From NCBI GenBank assembly GCA_035534855.1, contig DATLRD010000090.1:1349-65348 (forward strand): a stretch of DNA of 64,000 bases. The letters run 5' to 3'. The DNA is from Stellaceae bacterium. GTDB lineage: Bacteria > Pseudomonadota > Alphaproteobacteria > ATCC43930 > CGMCC-115725. This document shows, in pieces, positions 29,489-38,347 of this stretch. The notes beneath the pieces were generated by a model. The model was not told the origin of the DNA. It ran no database searches and saw nothing but the letters and a program-made list of their open reading frames with translations. Position 1 is the stretch's first letter. The number at the start of each line of letters is the position of its first letter. The position numbers were made by a program, and so were the translations under genes.

Positions 29489-31323
29489 TCTGCCGCGACT
29501 CCGCCGAGATAGGCTTCCTGCACCAGGCTGTTGCGCTGGATTTCCGCCGGGGTCCCCTCGGCGAGCAGTGCCCCCTCGTGCAGCACGGTGATGCGCTCGG
29601 CCAGTTCGAACACCGCATCCATGTCGTGCTCGACGATGACCAGGGTGCGGCCGCGGCGGATGTTTTTGAGCAGTTGCACGGTTTCCAGCCGTTCCTGCGG
29701 GCTCATCCCGGCGAGCGGCTCGTCGAGCAGCAACAGCGAGGGCGACGAGGCGAGCGCCAGCCCGATCTCGAGTCGGCGCTTTTCGCCATAGGCCAATTCG
29801 GCGACCGGCACGTCGGCGCGGCCGCTGAGCCCGACCAGTGCCAGCGTGTTCTCGACCCGCGCCGCCAGCCCGGGCACGCGGTCGATCCGGCGCAGCAGGT
29901 CGAGGGCAAAGGGGCCGCGCCGCTCGGCGAGCGCCGCGATCACCAGATTGTCGCGCAGCGTCAGCCGCGAGAACAGCTGGTTGACCTGATAGCTCTTGGT
30001 CAGGCCGAGCTGACACACGCGGGCGATGTCCATGCCGGTGATGTCGCGGCCGCGAAAGACGACGCGGCCGGATGTCGGCGGCAGTTCGCAGGTCAGCATC
30101 TTGAAGAACGTGCTCTTGCCGGCGCCGTTCGGGCCGATGATGCCGCGCAGCTCTCCGTCTTCGACTGTGAAGTCGATGTCGCGGTTGGCGGCGATGCCGC
30201 CGAACGATTTCGACACGCCGCGGGCCTCCAGCACCGGCCCGGCAAACGCCGCCCCCGGGCGGCGGCGCGCCGGGCCGAGGCTGGCGGGCGGCGGTGGCGC
30301 CGGCACGGGGTCGGCGGCGGCGGCGGCTTCCTCTGGTGCCGGCGGGCGGCGGCGCTCGGCGGCAAGCGCCCACAGGTCGCGCAGCCCGCCGATCAGCCCG
30401 CGGCGCAGGAAGCACACGAGCAGCACGAAGGCGATCCCGAGCACCAGCTTCCATGTGGCGCCGAGATGCACGACGCCTTGCAGGAAATCGCGCAGGTAGA
30501 GCCACAGCGTGGCGCCGAGCAGCGGCCCGAACAGCGTGCCGACGCCGCCGATCGCGGTCTGCATGACGAGCTGGCCCGAGGTCTCGAAGGTGAACGCGTC
30601 GGGCGGCATGAAACCTTGCAGCACGCCGAGCAGCCCGCCGGCCAGCCCGGCATAGGCGGCGGCGATCACGAACGCGGTGAGCTTGTAGCGGCCGACGGCA
30701 TGCCCGACCGCCTGCGCCCGCAGCGGGTTGTCGCGGATCGCGCTGAGGACTGCCCCGACCGGCGAGCGCACGATGCGCAGCGCGACGACGATGCCGAGGT
30801 AGTAGAACACCGCGAGGAACGCGTACATCGACCAGTTGGTGTTGGCATCGTACGACCAGCCAAACAGCGAAAATCGTGGCGCCGGCACGCCGGGCAGCCC
30901 GTTTTCCCCGCCGGTATAGGCGGCCAGCGGCGAGAACTCGGTGAAGTAGAACATCTCGGCGATCGCCACCGTGATCATCGCGAAATAGATCCCGGTGCGG
31001 CGCAGCGCGACGATGCCGACGAGGATGCCGATCAGCGCCGCGACGACCGTGCCGATGGCGAGCGCCGGCAGCACGTGCGAAATCAGGTTGTTGGTCAGCA
31101 GGTATGCGGCGACAAAGCCGCCGGTGCCGTAGAACGCCGATTGTCCGAACGACAACAGCCCGGTGTAGCCGAACAGGATGTCGAAGCCGATCCCGAACAG
31201 GCCCCAGACCAGGATCTGGTTGACCGTGTTCGGGGCAAAGCCGAGATGGGGCAACACGAACGGGGCGGCGATCAGGCCGATCGCGGTCAGGGCCTCGACC
31301 AGGAGGGGGCGGCGGCGCAACAT
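29485..31323 (-). CDS. fused LivM-type permease and LivG-type ATPase
   Basis: 612 aa from ATG 31323. The N-terminal ~330 aa is a multi-TM permease. A Pro/Ala linker follows, then an NBD (GPNGAGKSTFF, YGEKRRLEIGLAL, LLLLDEPLAGM). ATGA overlap with livF. Confidence 0.85.
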   Translation of the reverse strand: MLRRRPLLVEALTAIGLIAAPFVLPHLGFAPNTVNQILVWGLFGIGFDILFGYTGLLSFGQSAFYGTGGFVAAYLLTNNLISHVLPALAIGTVVAALIGILVGIVALRRTGIYFAMITVAIAEMFYFTEFSPLAAYTGGENGLPGVPAPRFSLFGWSYDANTNWSMYAFLAVFYYLGIVVALRIVRSPVGAVLSAIRDNPLRAQAVGHAVGRYKLTAFVIAAAYAGLAGGLLGVLQGFMPPDAFTFETSGQLVMQTAIGGVGTLFGPLLGATLWLYLRDFLQGVVHLGATWKLVLGIAFVLLVCFLRRGLIGGLRDLWALAAERRRPPAPEEAAAAADPVPAPPPPASLGPARRRPGAAFAGPVLEARGVSKSFGGIAANRDIDFTVEDGELRGIIGPNGAGKSTFFKMLTCELPPTSGRVVFRGRDITGMDIARVCQLGLTKSYQVNQLFSRLTLRDNLVIAALAERRGPFALDLLRRIDRVPGLAARVENTLALVGLSGRADVPVAELAYGEKRRLEIGLALASSPSLLLLDEPLAGMSPQERLETVQLLKNIRRGRTLVIVEHDMDAVFELAERITVLHEGALLAEGTPAEIQRNSLVQEAYLGGVAAE

Positions 31324-31331
31324 CGCAAGCG

Positions 31332-32207
31332 CTAGTCGCGGCCAAGCGAGCCGAGCAGGCCCTGCGGGCGGATCAGCAGGACGAGGGTCATCGCGGCAAA
31401 CAGCATGACCTGGGAATAGGCCGGGTCGACCATCGAGGTGAGGCTCAAAATCTCGCCGGCGATCAGCCCGCCGAGGATCGCCCCGGGAAACGACCCGACC
31501 CCGCCGATCACCACAACGACAAAGGTCTGCACCAGGATCGATTCGCCCATGTCGGGGGTCAGCGACACCACCGGGGCGTTGACGATGCCGGCAAACCCGG
31601 CGGCCATCGCGCCGACCCCGAATACCACCATGAACACGCGATAGACGTTGATGCCGAGCATCCCGACCATCGTCGAATCCTCGATGCCGGCGCGCACGAT
31701 CATCCCCAGCCGGGTGCGGTACAGCACCACGTAAAGCACCGCGAGCGCCGCCGCCGCGATCCCGGTGACGACGATGCGGTAGGTCGGGTAGATCATGAAA
31801 CTCATCGCCGTGACCCCGGCGGCCCAGGATGGCGGCGGTACGGTCTTCGACAGGCTGCCAAAGCCAAACCGCACCAGTTCGACGATGACGATGCCGAGCC
31901 CGAACGTGACCAAGATCTGGTCCTCGGGCGGGCGGTTGTAGAAATGCCGGATGATGCCGCGCTCGATGACGCCGCCGACGATCACCAGCGTCAGCGCGCC
32001 GGCGAGCACCGCGACGAGAAACGATCCAGTCAGCTGATAGGCGAGGTAGCCGGCATAGCCGCCGAGCATGAACATCGCGCCATGCGCCAGGTTCAAGACG
32101 CCGAGCGTGCCGTATATGATGGTCAGCCCGGAGCTGATCAGCGCAAGCAGCGTGCCGGTCGCCAGCCCGTTGAACAGTTGCGAGAAGAAATTCGGCCAGG
32201 TGATCAT
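31332..32207 (-). CDS. livH: branched-chain amino acid ABC transporter permease (LivH-type)
   Basis: 291 aa from ATG 32207 (MITWPNFFSQLFNGLATGTLLALISSGLTIIYG...), multi-TM. Confidence 0.88.
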   Translation of the reverse strand: MITWPNFFSQLFNGLATGTLLALISSGLTIIYGTLGVLNLAHGAMFMLGGYAGYLAYQLTGSFLVAVLAGALTLVIVGGVIERGIIRHFYNRPPEDQILVTFGLGIVIVELVRFGFGSLSKTVPPPSWAAGVTAMSFMIYPTYRIVVTGIAAAALAVLYVVLYRTRLGMIVRAGIEDSTMVGMLGINVYRVFMVVFGVGAMAAGFAGIVNAPVVSLTPDMGESILVQTFVVVVIGGVGSFPGAILGGLIAGEILSLTSMVDPAYSQVMLFAAMTLVLLIRPQGLLGSLGRD

Positions 32208-32298
32208 GGGTACATGCGGGCGCTGCCGGGCGCAGCGCACCCCGCCCTCCCACGCCGGTGGCGCGGAAAGGCGAGGGCGGGCCCGGCGGCGTTTCGGT

Positions 32299-33633
32299 TC
32301 AGGTATAGTCGCCGAGCTTGCAGCCGAACGCGTCGGGTGCCTGCATCAGCCCGGCGCCGGGGACGACTTCGAGCACCTCCCAGTAATCGTCCTTGCTCTT
32401 CATCGCACTCGGCGCCTTGCCCTCGACGATGATGACCGGGCGGACGAGTTGATGGTCGGCAGCGCGGAAATGAACGTCGCCGACGGTCGACGGAATCGTT
32501 TCGCCCTTCTCGTACGTCTTGATCACATCGGGCGGGTAGAAGCTGCCGGCCTCTTCGACCATGCGGGCCCACATCGCAAACTGCATATACGCGTTGTTGG
32601 CGCCCCATTCCGGCTTGTACCCGTACTTCTTGTCAAAGGCCTCGACGAACGCCTTGGCGATCGGGAATTTGTCTTCGAGCGTCCACCAGAAATCGGTGGC
32701 GGCATAGACGCCTTCCATGATCTTCGGGCCTACCTCCTTCGACAGGAACGGGATCTGGTAGGGAATCACCAGCTTCATCTTCTTGAAGATGCCGAACTGC
32801 TCGGCCTGTTTGATCGACAGGACGGCATCGTTGCCCCAGTTGACGTTGATCAGGAAATCGGCGCCGGAATTGGCGATGTTGAGCAGGTACGAGCTGTAAT
32901 CGGGTGTCCCGAGCGGCATGACCTGGTTGGTCACCGTGGTCCAGCCGCCGTTCTTGGCGAGATAATCCTCCATCGAGTGCTGAACGGTGTGGCCATAGGT
33001 GTAATCCGGCGTCAGATAGGCCGCCTTCTTGTTCTTGCCGAAAGTCTTGAGCAGCACCGGACCCAAGGCTGCAGCGGCGGTCTGGCCATAAAAGCATTGG
33101 CGAAAGCTGTAGCGCACGCAATCCTTGCCGGTGGTGTCGTTCGAGCCTGAGATGGCGACGAGGTAGAGCACCTTTTCGCGCTGCGCGAGCTTGTTGAGCG
33201 CGACTGCGACCGCGCTTGAGGTCGAGCCGGTCATCGCAACGATCTTGTTCTGGCTGATGAAGCGCGACTGTTCCTGCACCGCGGTATTCGGCTTCGCTTC
33301 GGAATCGGCGACGACGGTCTTGACCTCCTTGCCGAGCACGCCCTTTTTCGTATTCGGCGAAATCATCTTGATGACCGGGTCGCCGTTGTTGAGATGCTCG
33401 ACCGCGAGCATCATCCCTTTCAACTCGTCCTCGCCCTGCACCGCATAGGTGCCGGTACGCGGGACGGTAATGCCGATATACACCGAATCGCCTTGCGAGC
33501 CGGCCGGCCAGGTGCCGATCGGCGGCTTGTCGGCGGCGCGCACGATACGGGGCAGCGCGGCGGCGGCAAGCAGCCCGCCGCCGGCGGTCAGTACCGAGCG
33601 TCGAGTAGTCTTGAACGTGATGGGCAAGTTCAT
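32299..33633 (-). CDS. ABC transporter substrate-binding protein (Leu/Ile/Val-binding family fold) with a Tat-like signal
   Basis: 444 aa. Signal TRRSVLTAGGGLLAAAALPRIVRA. Type 1 periplasmic-binding-fold pattern. Heads the liv-type operon. Confidence 0.82.
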   Translation of the reverse strand: MNLPITFKTTRRSVLTAGGGLLAAAALPRIVRAADKPPIGTWPAGSQGDSVYIGITVPRTGTYAVQGEDELKGMMLAVEHLNNGDPVIKMISPNTKKGVLGKEVKTVVADSEAKPNTAVQEQSRFISQNKIVAMTGSTSSAVAVALNKLAQREKVLYLVAISGSNDTTGKDCVRYSFRQCFYGQTAAAALGPVLLKTFGKNKKAAYLTPDYTYGHTVQHSMEDYLAKNGGWTTVTNQVMPLGTPDYSSYLLNIANSGADFLINVNWGNDAVLSIKQAEQFGIFKKMKLVIPYQIPFLSKEVGPKIMEGVYAATDFWWTLEDKFPIAKAFVEAFDKKYGYKPEWGANNAYMQFAMWARMVEEAGSFYPPDVIKTYEKGETIPSTVGDVHFRAADHQLVRPVIIVEGKAPSAMKSKDDYWEVLEVVPGAGLMQAPDAFGCKLGDYT

Positions 33634-33663
33634 GTTTCCCCCCCTGTGGTGTCTTTATTCGGA

Positions 33664-33695
33664 GCCAATGCCGGCGGTGCACCGCCGGCATTGGC
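33664..33695. repeat. perfect 14-bp-stem hairpin in the cheW / binding-protein intergenic region
   Basis: GCCAATGCCGGCGG-TGCA-CCGCCGGCATTGGC. No flanking U/A tract on either strand, so its role (cheW terminator or liv 5' element) is unresolved. Confidence 0.5.
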
Positions 33696-33795
33696 GCCGG
33701 CAGTTACCCCAAACGGATCTCCTCTCCTCGTTCACCGCGAAGCAGCCGCGGCCCAGGAGGAGGCTGATTATTATAGAGCAACGCCGGCGATCAAG

Positions 33796-34200
33796 CTATG
33801 GCGTATTACTTGCGGAAGACGCCGGTTCCGCATCGAATTCGCCGTCGAGCGCGCCGATAGTCGTGGTTGCCTCGGTGCTCGCGTCGCGCAGCAGCGGCGG
33901 CAGCGGGCCGGCGTCGGCGGCCGCGAACGACCGGATGCCGACGAGGTCGCCGACCGCCAGCGCGACCCGGCGCCCGGCGACGGAAAGCGTCACCAGGCGC
34001 GCGGTGATGGCGCGCTCGTCGCCGAACAGGGCGGCGACATCGACCACCGGCACGCCACGGATCATGCACAACCCGGCAAGGGCGTGTGACCCGCCGGTCA
34101 GCGGCTCGACCGGCAATGCCCGCATGGTTTCGACCACCGATGCCAGCGGCACGGTGCAAAGCCGAGCTCCGGCGCGGAACACCAGCCAATTCTCCGCCAT
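33796..34200 (-). CDS. cheW: CheW-like coupling protein (stand-alone)
   Basis: 134 aa: MAENWLVFRAGARLCTVPLASVVETMRALPVEPLTG...GLCMIRGVPVVDVAALFG, a CheW-domain pattern. An alternative ATG is at 34215. Confidence 0.7.
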   Translation of the reverse strand: MAENWLVFRAGARLCTVPLASVVETMRALPVEPLTGGSHALAGLCMIRGVPVVDVAALFGDERAITARLVTLSVAGRRVALAVGDLVGIRSFAAADAGPLPPLLRDASTEATTTIGALDGEFDAEPASSASNTP

Positions 34201-34239
34201 TAGCGGGGGCACCATACGACACCACCTATATAACTAACT

Positions 34240-34258
34240 ATACTCGTTATACGAGTAT
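34240..34258. promoter_or_regulatory. candidate operator: perfect 8-3-8 palindrome
   Basis: ATACTCGT-TAT-ACGAGTAT, in an AT-rich stretch 40 nt upstream of the cheW ATG. It lies at the far end of the 450-bp region upstream of the flagellar array. Confidence 0.35.
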
Positions 34259-34650
34259 TTATAAATTTCAAACCCTATTCTCGGGCGGCGGTGTCGAGAC
34301 ATGCGCGCCGCGCAAATCGCCTCGCGAAAACCAGAAACGGTGGGTCTTTTCATACGTCGGCGGACGGTCTCGCCCGCAGACCCGGATGGTTGATATATTT
34401 CAATCTAAGATTATGAAATTGCCGATGAAATGCCGCTACCGCAGGGCTTCGCCAGAGCGCCGGAATCGGCCGATCTGTCTGTGATGTCAACGATGCTTGC
34501 CAAGCGAGTCGCGGTCATGATACCTCCAACCTGCGGTATTTCCTGTTTTCGTCAAGTGTTCGAAGAGATCGCGGAAGGAGTTCATGCGCAATTTCTGGTC
34601 AAGCCCAACGCATCGCGGCGCGTGCCGGTCGCTTCGCTGCTGAGCGACCG

Positions 34651-35223
34651 ATGCCGGACCGGATGAACCTCGTTTCCCGCCTCAGCCTACCGTTCGGGTG
34701 GGATGCGCTCGACCAGGCCCCCGCGGCCAAAGCCCGCGCGACGGCGGAGTGGTCGAACGCGGGCACAATGCGGTTCCTGCTGCACGAGATCGATCTTGGC
34801 GCCGCGGTGCGCCCGGCCGAGGAGCGGCTCGTCGAGGCGCTCGCCCCGATCCATGCCCGACTCGAGATGATTATCGAAATGCTCGGCCGGCTGTCCTATC
34901 GCGACATCGAGGTGCCGCCGCGCCGCGACCTCGAATTGAGCCTGGCCCGCATCGGCTGGCAGTCGCCGGAGGTGCTGACGATCGGCGGATGGCTCCGGTT
35001 CAAGCTCTATTTTCACCCGGTATTCCTCGAACCCGTCGTGCTGTACGGAAGGGTGGCGTTCTGCGGCCCGGCCGATGCAAGAACCGGCTGCTGCGAGGTG
35101 CAGGCCGATCTCGACGTGATGCCGCCAGCGACCGGTGAGGCGCTGGTCCGGCTCGCCTTTCTGACGCAACGACGCCAGCTCGGCGAGCGACCGAGCCTTC
35201 ATTCGGCGAGGACGCCCCCATGA
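34651..35223 (+). CDS. hypothetical protein, tentatively an atypical PilZ-type (c-di-GMP receptor-like) domain
   Basis: 190 aa, first gene of the flagellar array, ATGA-coupled to fliE. The pattern ...ARLEMIIEMLGRL...LELSLARIGWQS...GGWLRFKLYF...GRV...ALVRLAFLTQRRQL resembles non-canonical PilZ domains, from memory only. Confidence 0.4.
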   Translation: MPDRMNLVSRLSLPFGWDALDQAPAAKARATAEWSNAGTMRFLLHEIDLGAAVRPAEERLVEALAPIHARLEMIIEMLGRLSYRDIEVPPRRDLELSLARIGWQSPEVLTIGGWLRFKLYFHPVFLEPVVLYGRVAFCGPADARTGCCEVQADLDVMPPATGEALVRLAFLTQRRQLGERPSLHSARTPP

Positions 35224-35564
35224 TCGAAGCGCTTTCCGCGATTGCCACGACCCTGGCCGATCTGCAATCGATCGCCAGCGACATCACCGCGCCCTCGGCC
35301 GCTTCGGCCGGTGCGGTGCCGAACGTCGCCGGCGGTTCCGGCACGTCGTTTTCCGCCGCGCTGCGCGGCGCGCTCGATCGCCTCGACGGCGCGGTCGCCT
35401 CGGCCAACGGCGTCGCCAAATCCTTTGCCGCCGGAAACCACGACATTCCGCTCAGCGATGTGATGGTGTCGCTCGAACAGGCCAATCTCGCGATGCAGAT
35501 GGCCGCCAATGTCCGCGACAAGATCGTCGCCGCCTATTCCAACGTCATGAACATGCAAGTTTAG
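35220..35564 (+). CDS. fliE: flagellar hook-basal body complex protein FliE
   Basis: 114 aa. C-terminus DVMVSLEQANLAMQMAANVRDKIVAAYSNVMNMQV is the FliE signature. Confidence 0.9.
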   Translation: MIEALSAIATTLADLQSIASDITAPSAASAGAVPNVAGGSGTSFSAALRGALDRLDGAVASANGVAKSFAAGNHDIPLSDVMVSLEQANLAMQMAANVRDKIVAAYSNVMNMQV

Positions 35565-35583
35565 CGCGGCGTGCGGGTGAGGC

Positions 35584-37347
35584 GTGGGTTCGATCGACGA
35601 AATATTGCAAAGATTCCTGCCGCCGGCGATGTCGGCGCGGCTGGTGCCGCTGCTCGCCGGCCGCGGCAAGGTGCTGGGCCTCGTCGGTGCCGCGCTCGTA
35701 CTCGCGCTGCTCGGTGCCGGCGTGCTGTGGTCATGGGGATCGGGTTATTCGGTGCTCTATGCCGGGCTGTCGGGCGAGGAAGGCGGCCAGGCCCTTGCCG
35801 AGTTGCAAAAGCTCAATATTCCCTACCGGATCAGCGAAGGCGGCCGGGTCATCTTGGTGCCGACCGACGATGTCGGCCGTGCCCGGCTGCAACTGGCGGC
35901 GCGCGGCGTGCCTAAGCGCGGTAATGACGAGTGGTCGATCCTCGACAACGAGAGCCTCGGCGTGAGCCCGTTCGTCGAGCAGGTACATTACGTGCGCGGC
36001 GTCGAGGCGGCGCTGGCACAAACCGTGCGCGAGGTCGACGGGGTGGTGTCGGCCAAGATCAGCCTGGCGATGCCGAAAGAGAGCGATTTTCTCGGCGACA
36101 GCCCGAAGCCGAGCGCCTCGGTTCTGCTGCGCCTGCGTCCGGGCACGCGGCTGACCACGGCTCAGATCGACGGCATCGCCGGGCTGGTCGCGTCGAGTGT
36201 GCCGGGCCTGTCGCGCGACAAGGTCACGATCGTCGACCAGTCAGGACGGGCGCTGAACGGAGACCCGAAGGACGGGCTGCAGCAGGCGCCGCAACAGCTC
36301 GAACTGGCGCGCACCGTCACCCATCGCTACGAGATGTCGGTCACCGACCTGCTGGCGCCGGTGCTCGGGCGGGGAAACTTCCGGGTGTCTGCCGACGCCG
36401 ACATCGACTTCTCTCAGTCGAAGGAAAGCCTCGTCAAATACGGCACCGCGCACGTGCTGAGCCAGGACGAGACATCCCACATGCAGAGCGGCGCCGCCGA
36501 GCAGGACATCGGCATTCCGGGCGCGCTGTCGAACCGCCGCCCCGATACCCCGGTGACGAGCGGCAAGCCGGCGCCGCCGCCACCGGCCGCGACCCCGGCT
36601 CCACCCGCCAAAGGCGCGGCGGCACCGACAAAACCGGAGACCCCGCCGGCTGCGGCACCGGCCGCCCCGGTTCCGACGGATGTCCACAAGACGACGAATT
36701 ACGACATCGACCGCACCGTACAGTACCTCGAGCAGCCGCCGTGGCGGCTGCGCTCGATCAGCATCGCGGTGCTGGTCAACAACGAGTCCGGCAAGCCGAT
36801 GCCGGCCGCCCGGCTCAACGCGGTCAAGACCCTGGTCGCCTCGGCGATCGGCGCGTCGCAGAACCCGCACGTCACCGTGGTCGACCTGCCGTTCGAGGAA
36901 TTGTCGGCCGCAGGCCCCGGGCCCGAGGCGCCGTGGTACGCCGCGCGCTGGATGGAGGCGGTCGAGCGCAGCGGGCTGCTCGCGCTCGCCGGGATGCTCG
37001 CACTGTTCGGCGGGGTATTCCCGCTGCTGCGGCGGTTCGGCGCCACCGAGCTGGCGCTCGCCGGCGCCGCGTCGCCGGCCGCGCCCCGCGGCGCGGCAGG
37101 GCCGGGCGCGACGCGCGGCGCGGCAGGGTCGGCCGCGGCGCCACGCCCGCGCCAGGCGCCGGGGGCCGACCCGCCGCCGTTCGACATGTCGGACGGGGCG
37201 GCGCGTGCCTTCGCCACCGGTCAGGATGTATTCAGCATTGAGGTCGATACCGTGTTGACGCTGATCAACAACGATCCGGCGCGCACGGCGCAGGTCATCA
37301 GAGGGTGGATAGCCGGTGACAGAAATAGTCTTAAACAGGCGAGCTAA
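35584..37347 (+). CDS. fliF: flagellar MS-ring protein FliF
   Basis: 587 aa with an N-terminal TM. Contains LYAGLSGEEGGQALAELQKLNIPYRISEGG...ILVP and YscJ/FliF domains, plus a Pro/Ala linker and a second TM. Confidence 0.92.
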   Translation: MGSIDEILQRFLPPAMSARLVPLLAGRGKVLGLVGAALVLALLGAGVLWSWGSGYSVLYAGLSGEEGGQALAELQKLNIPYRISEGGRVILVPTDDVGRARLQLAARGVPKRGNDEWSILDNESLGVSPFVEQVHYVRGVEAALAQTVREVDGVVSAKISLAMPKESDFLGDSPKPSASVLLRLRPGTRLTTAQIDGIAGLVASSVPGLSRDKVTIVDQSGRALNGDPKDGLQQAPQQLELARTVTHRYEMSVTDLLAPVLGRGNFRVSADADIDFSQSKESLVKYGTAHVLSQDETSHMQSGAAEQDIGIPGALSNRRPDTPVTSGKPAPPPPAATPAPPAKGAAAPTKPETPPAAAPAAPVPTDVHKTTNYDIDRTVQYLEQPPWRLRSISIAVLVNNESGKPMPAARLNAVKTLVASAIGASQNPHVTVVDLPFEELSAAGPGPEAPWYAARWMEAVERSGLLALAGMLALFGGVFPLLRRFGATELALAGAASPAAPRGAAGPGATRGAAGSAAAPRPRQAPGADPPPFDMSDGAARAFATGQDVFSIEVDTVLTLINNDPARTAQVIRGWIAGDRNSLKQAS

Positions 37348-38338
37348 CCTCACCGACGTAGAGAAGTCGGCGATTGTCATGATGACGATCGGCGAGGATG
37401 CCGCCGCCGAGGTGATGAAGCACCTGTCGCAGCTCGAGATCAATCTGCTGTCGGTGGCGATGGCCCGCATCTCGAACGTGTCGAAGACCACCGTCACCAC
37501 GGTCTATCAGGAATTCATCGACCTGATGCTGCAGGAAACCTCGATCGGCATCGGCGCCGATTCCTACATCCGCGGCGTGCTCGAAAAGACGCTTGGCCCT
37601 GACAAGGCGCAGCGCCTGGTCAGCCGGCTGCGGCAGGGCGACTACTTTGCCGGGATCGAGGCGATCCAGTGGCAGGACCCGCGCGTTCTGGCCGAGATGA
37701 TCAAGCTAGAGCATCCACAGATCGTCGCGATGATCTTCGCCTACCTCGAACCCGAGCAGGTCGACGAGCTGATCCGCTTTCTGCCGGACGATCTCGTCGA
37801 ACAGGTGATCCCGCGCCTGGCGACGCTCGATTCGATCCCGCCCAACGCGATCCGAGAGCTCAACGAATCGATCGAAGACCTGCTTGCCGGCGAGTCCCAG
37901 CAGGCCCGGGTCTCGGTCGGCGGCGTCAACATGGCGGCCAAGATCCTCAACCGCATCGACAATGCGCGGGTCGAGGCGATCCTCAAGCAGATCGCCAGCG
38001 TAGATGCCGAACTGGCAGAGAAGATCGAACACAGCATGTTTGTGTTCGAGGATTTGATCCGGGTCGACGACCGCAACTTCCAGATCCTGCTGCGCTCGGT
38101 CGACCAGAAGCTACTGGTGTCGGCGCTGAAGGGGGCCAACCCGGCGCTGCAGAACAAGGTGTTGAGCAACCTGTCGCAGCGCGCGGCGGAAATGCTGCGC
38201 GACGATATCGGCGCGCGCGGCCCGATGCGCGTCGCCGAGGTCGAGGCTGCCAAACGCGAGATCGTCGCCACCGCGCAGCGCCTCGAGCACGAAGGCGCGA
38301 TCATCTTGCGTACCGACCCGACCGAAGTGGTGTCGTAG
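37316..38338 (+). CDS. fliG: flagellar motor switch protein FliG
   Basis: 340 aa. LTDVEKSAIVMMTIGEDAAAEVMKHL..., EHPQIVAMIFAYLEPEQ, and a C-terminal torque helix region. GTG start overlaps fliF by 32 nt. Confidence 0.92.
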   Translation: MTEIVLNRRANLTDVEKSAIVMMTIGEDAAAEVMKHLSQLEINLLSVAMARISNVSKTTVTTVYQEFIDLMLQETSIGIGADSYIRGVLEKTLGPDKAQRLVSRLRQGDYFAGIEAIQWQDPRVLAEMIKLEHPQIVAMIFAYLEPEQVDELIRFLPDDLVEQVIPRLATLDSIPPNAIRELNESIEDLLAGESQQARVSVGGVNMAAKILNRIDNARVEAILKQIASVDAELAEKIEHSMFVFEDLIRVDDRNFQILLRSVDQKLLVSALKGANPALQNKVLSNLSQRAAEMLRDDIGARGPMRVAEVEAAKREIVATAQRLEHEGAIILRTDPTEVVS

Positions 38339-38347
38339 CGAGCCGCG

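Noticed and set aside
28787-32253. 852-aa and 922-aa track ORFs spanning the liv-type operon
   Set aside because: They are chimeras. Only the 3' 233 aa (LivF) of the first and the 3' 612 aa (LivM-LivG) of the second are protein-like. The upstream parts are Arg-rich read-through over the neighbouring genes in a wrong frame, so the starts were trimmed to ATG 29488 and ATG 31323.
34201-34650. CtrA boxes (TTAA-N7-TTAA) or a sigma-54 promoter (TGGCAC-N5-TTGC) upstream of the flagellar operons (also 54264-54383)
   Set aside because: Neither intergenic region contains a TTAA-N7-TTAA pair or a TGGCAC-N5-TTGC element. Only a weak sigma-28 -10-like GCCGATGA without a correctly spaced -35 was seen.
33634-34650. 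Genomic-island boundary or mobile element at the left edge of the flagellar locus
   Set aside because: I could see no tRNA, integrase, transposase or direct repeats. Codon bias of the flagellar genes looks the same as in the core genes. Horizontal origin remains only a gene-content inference.
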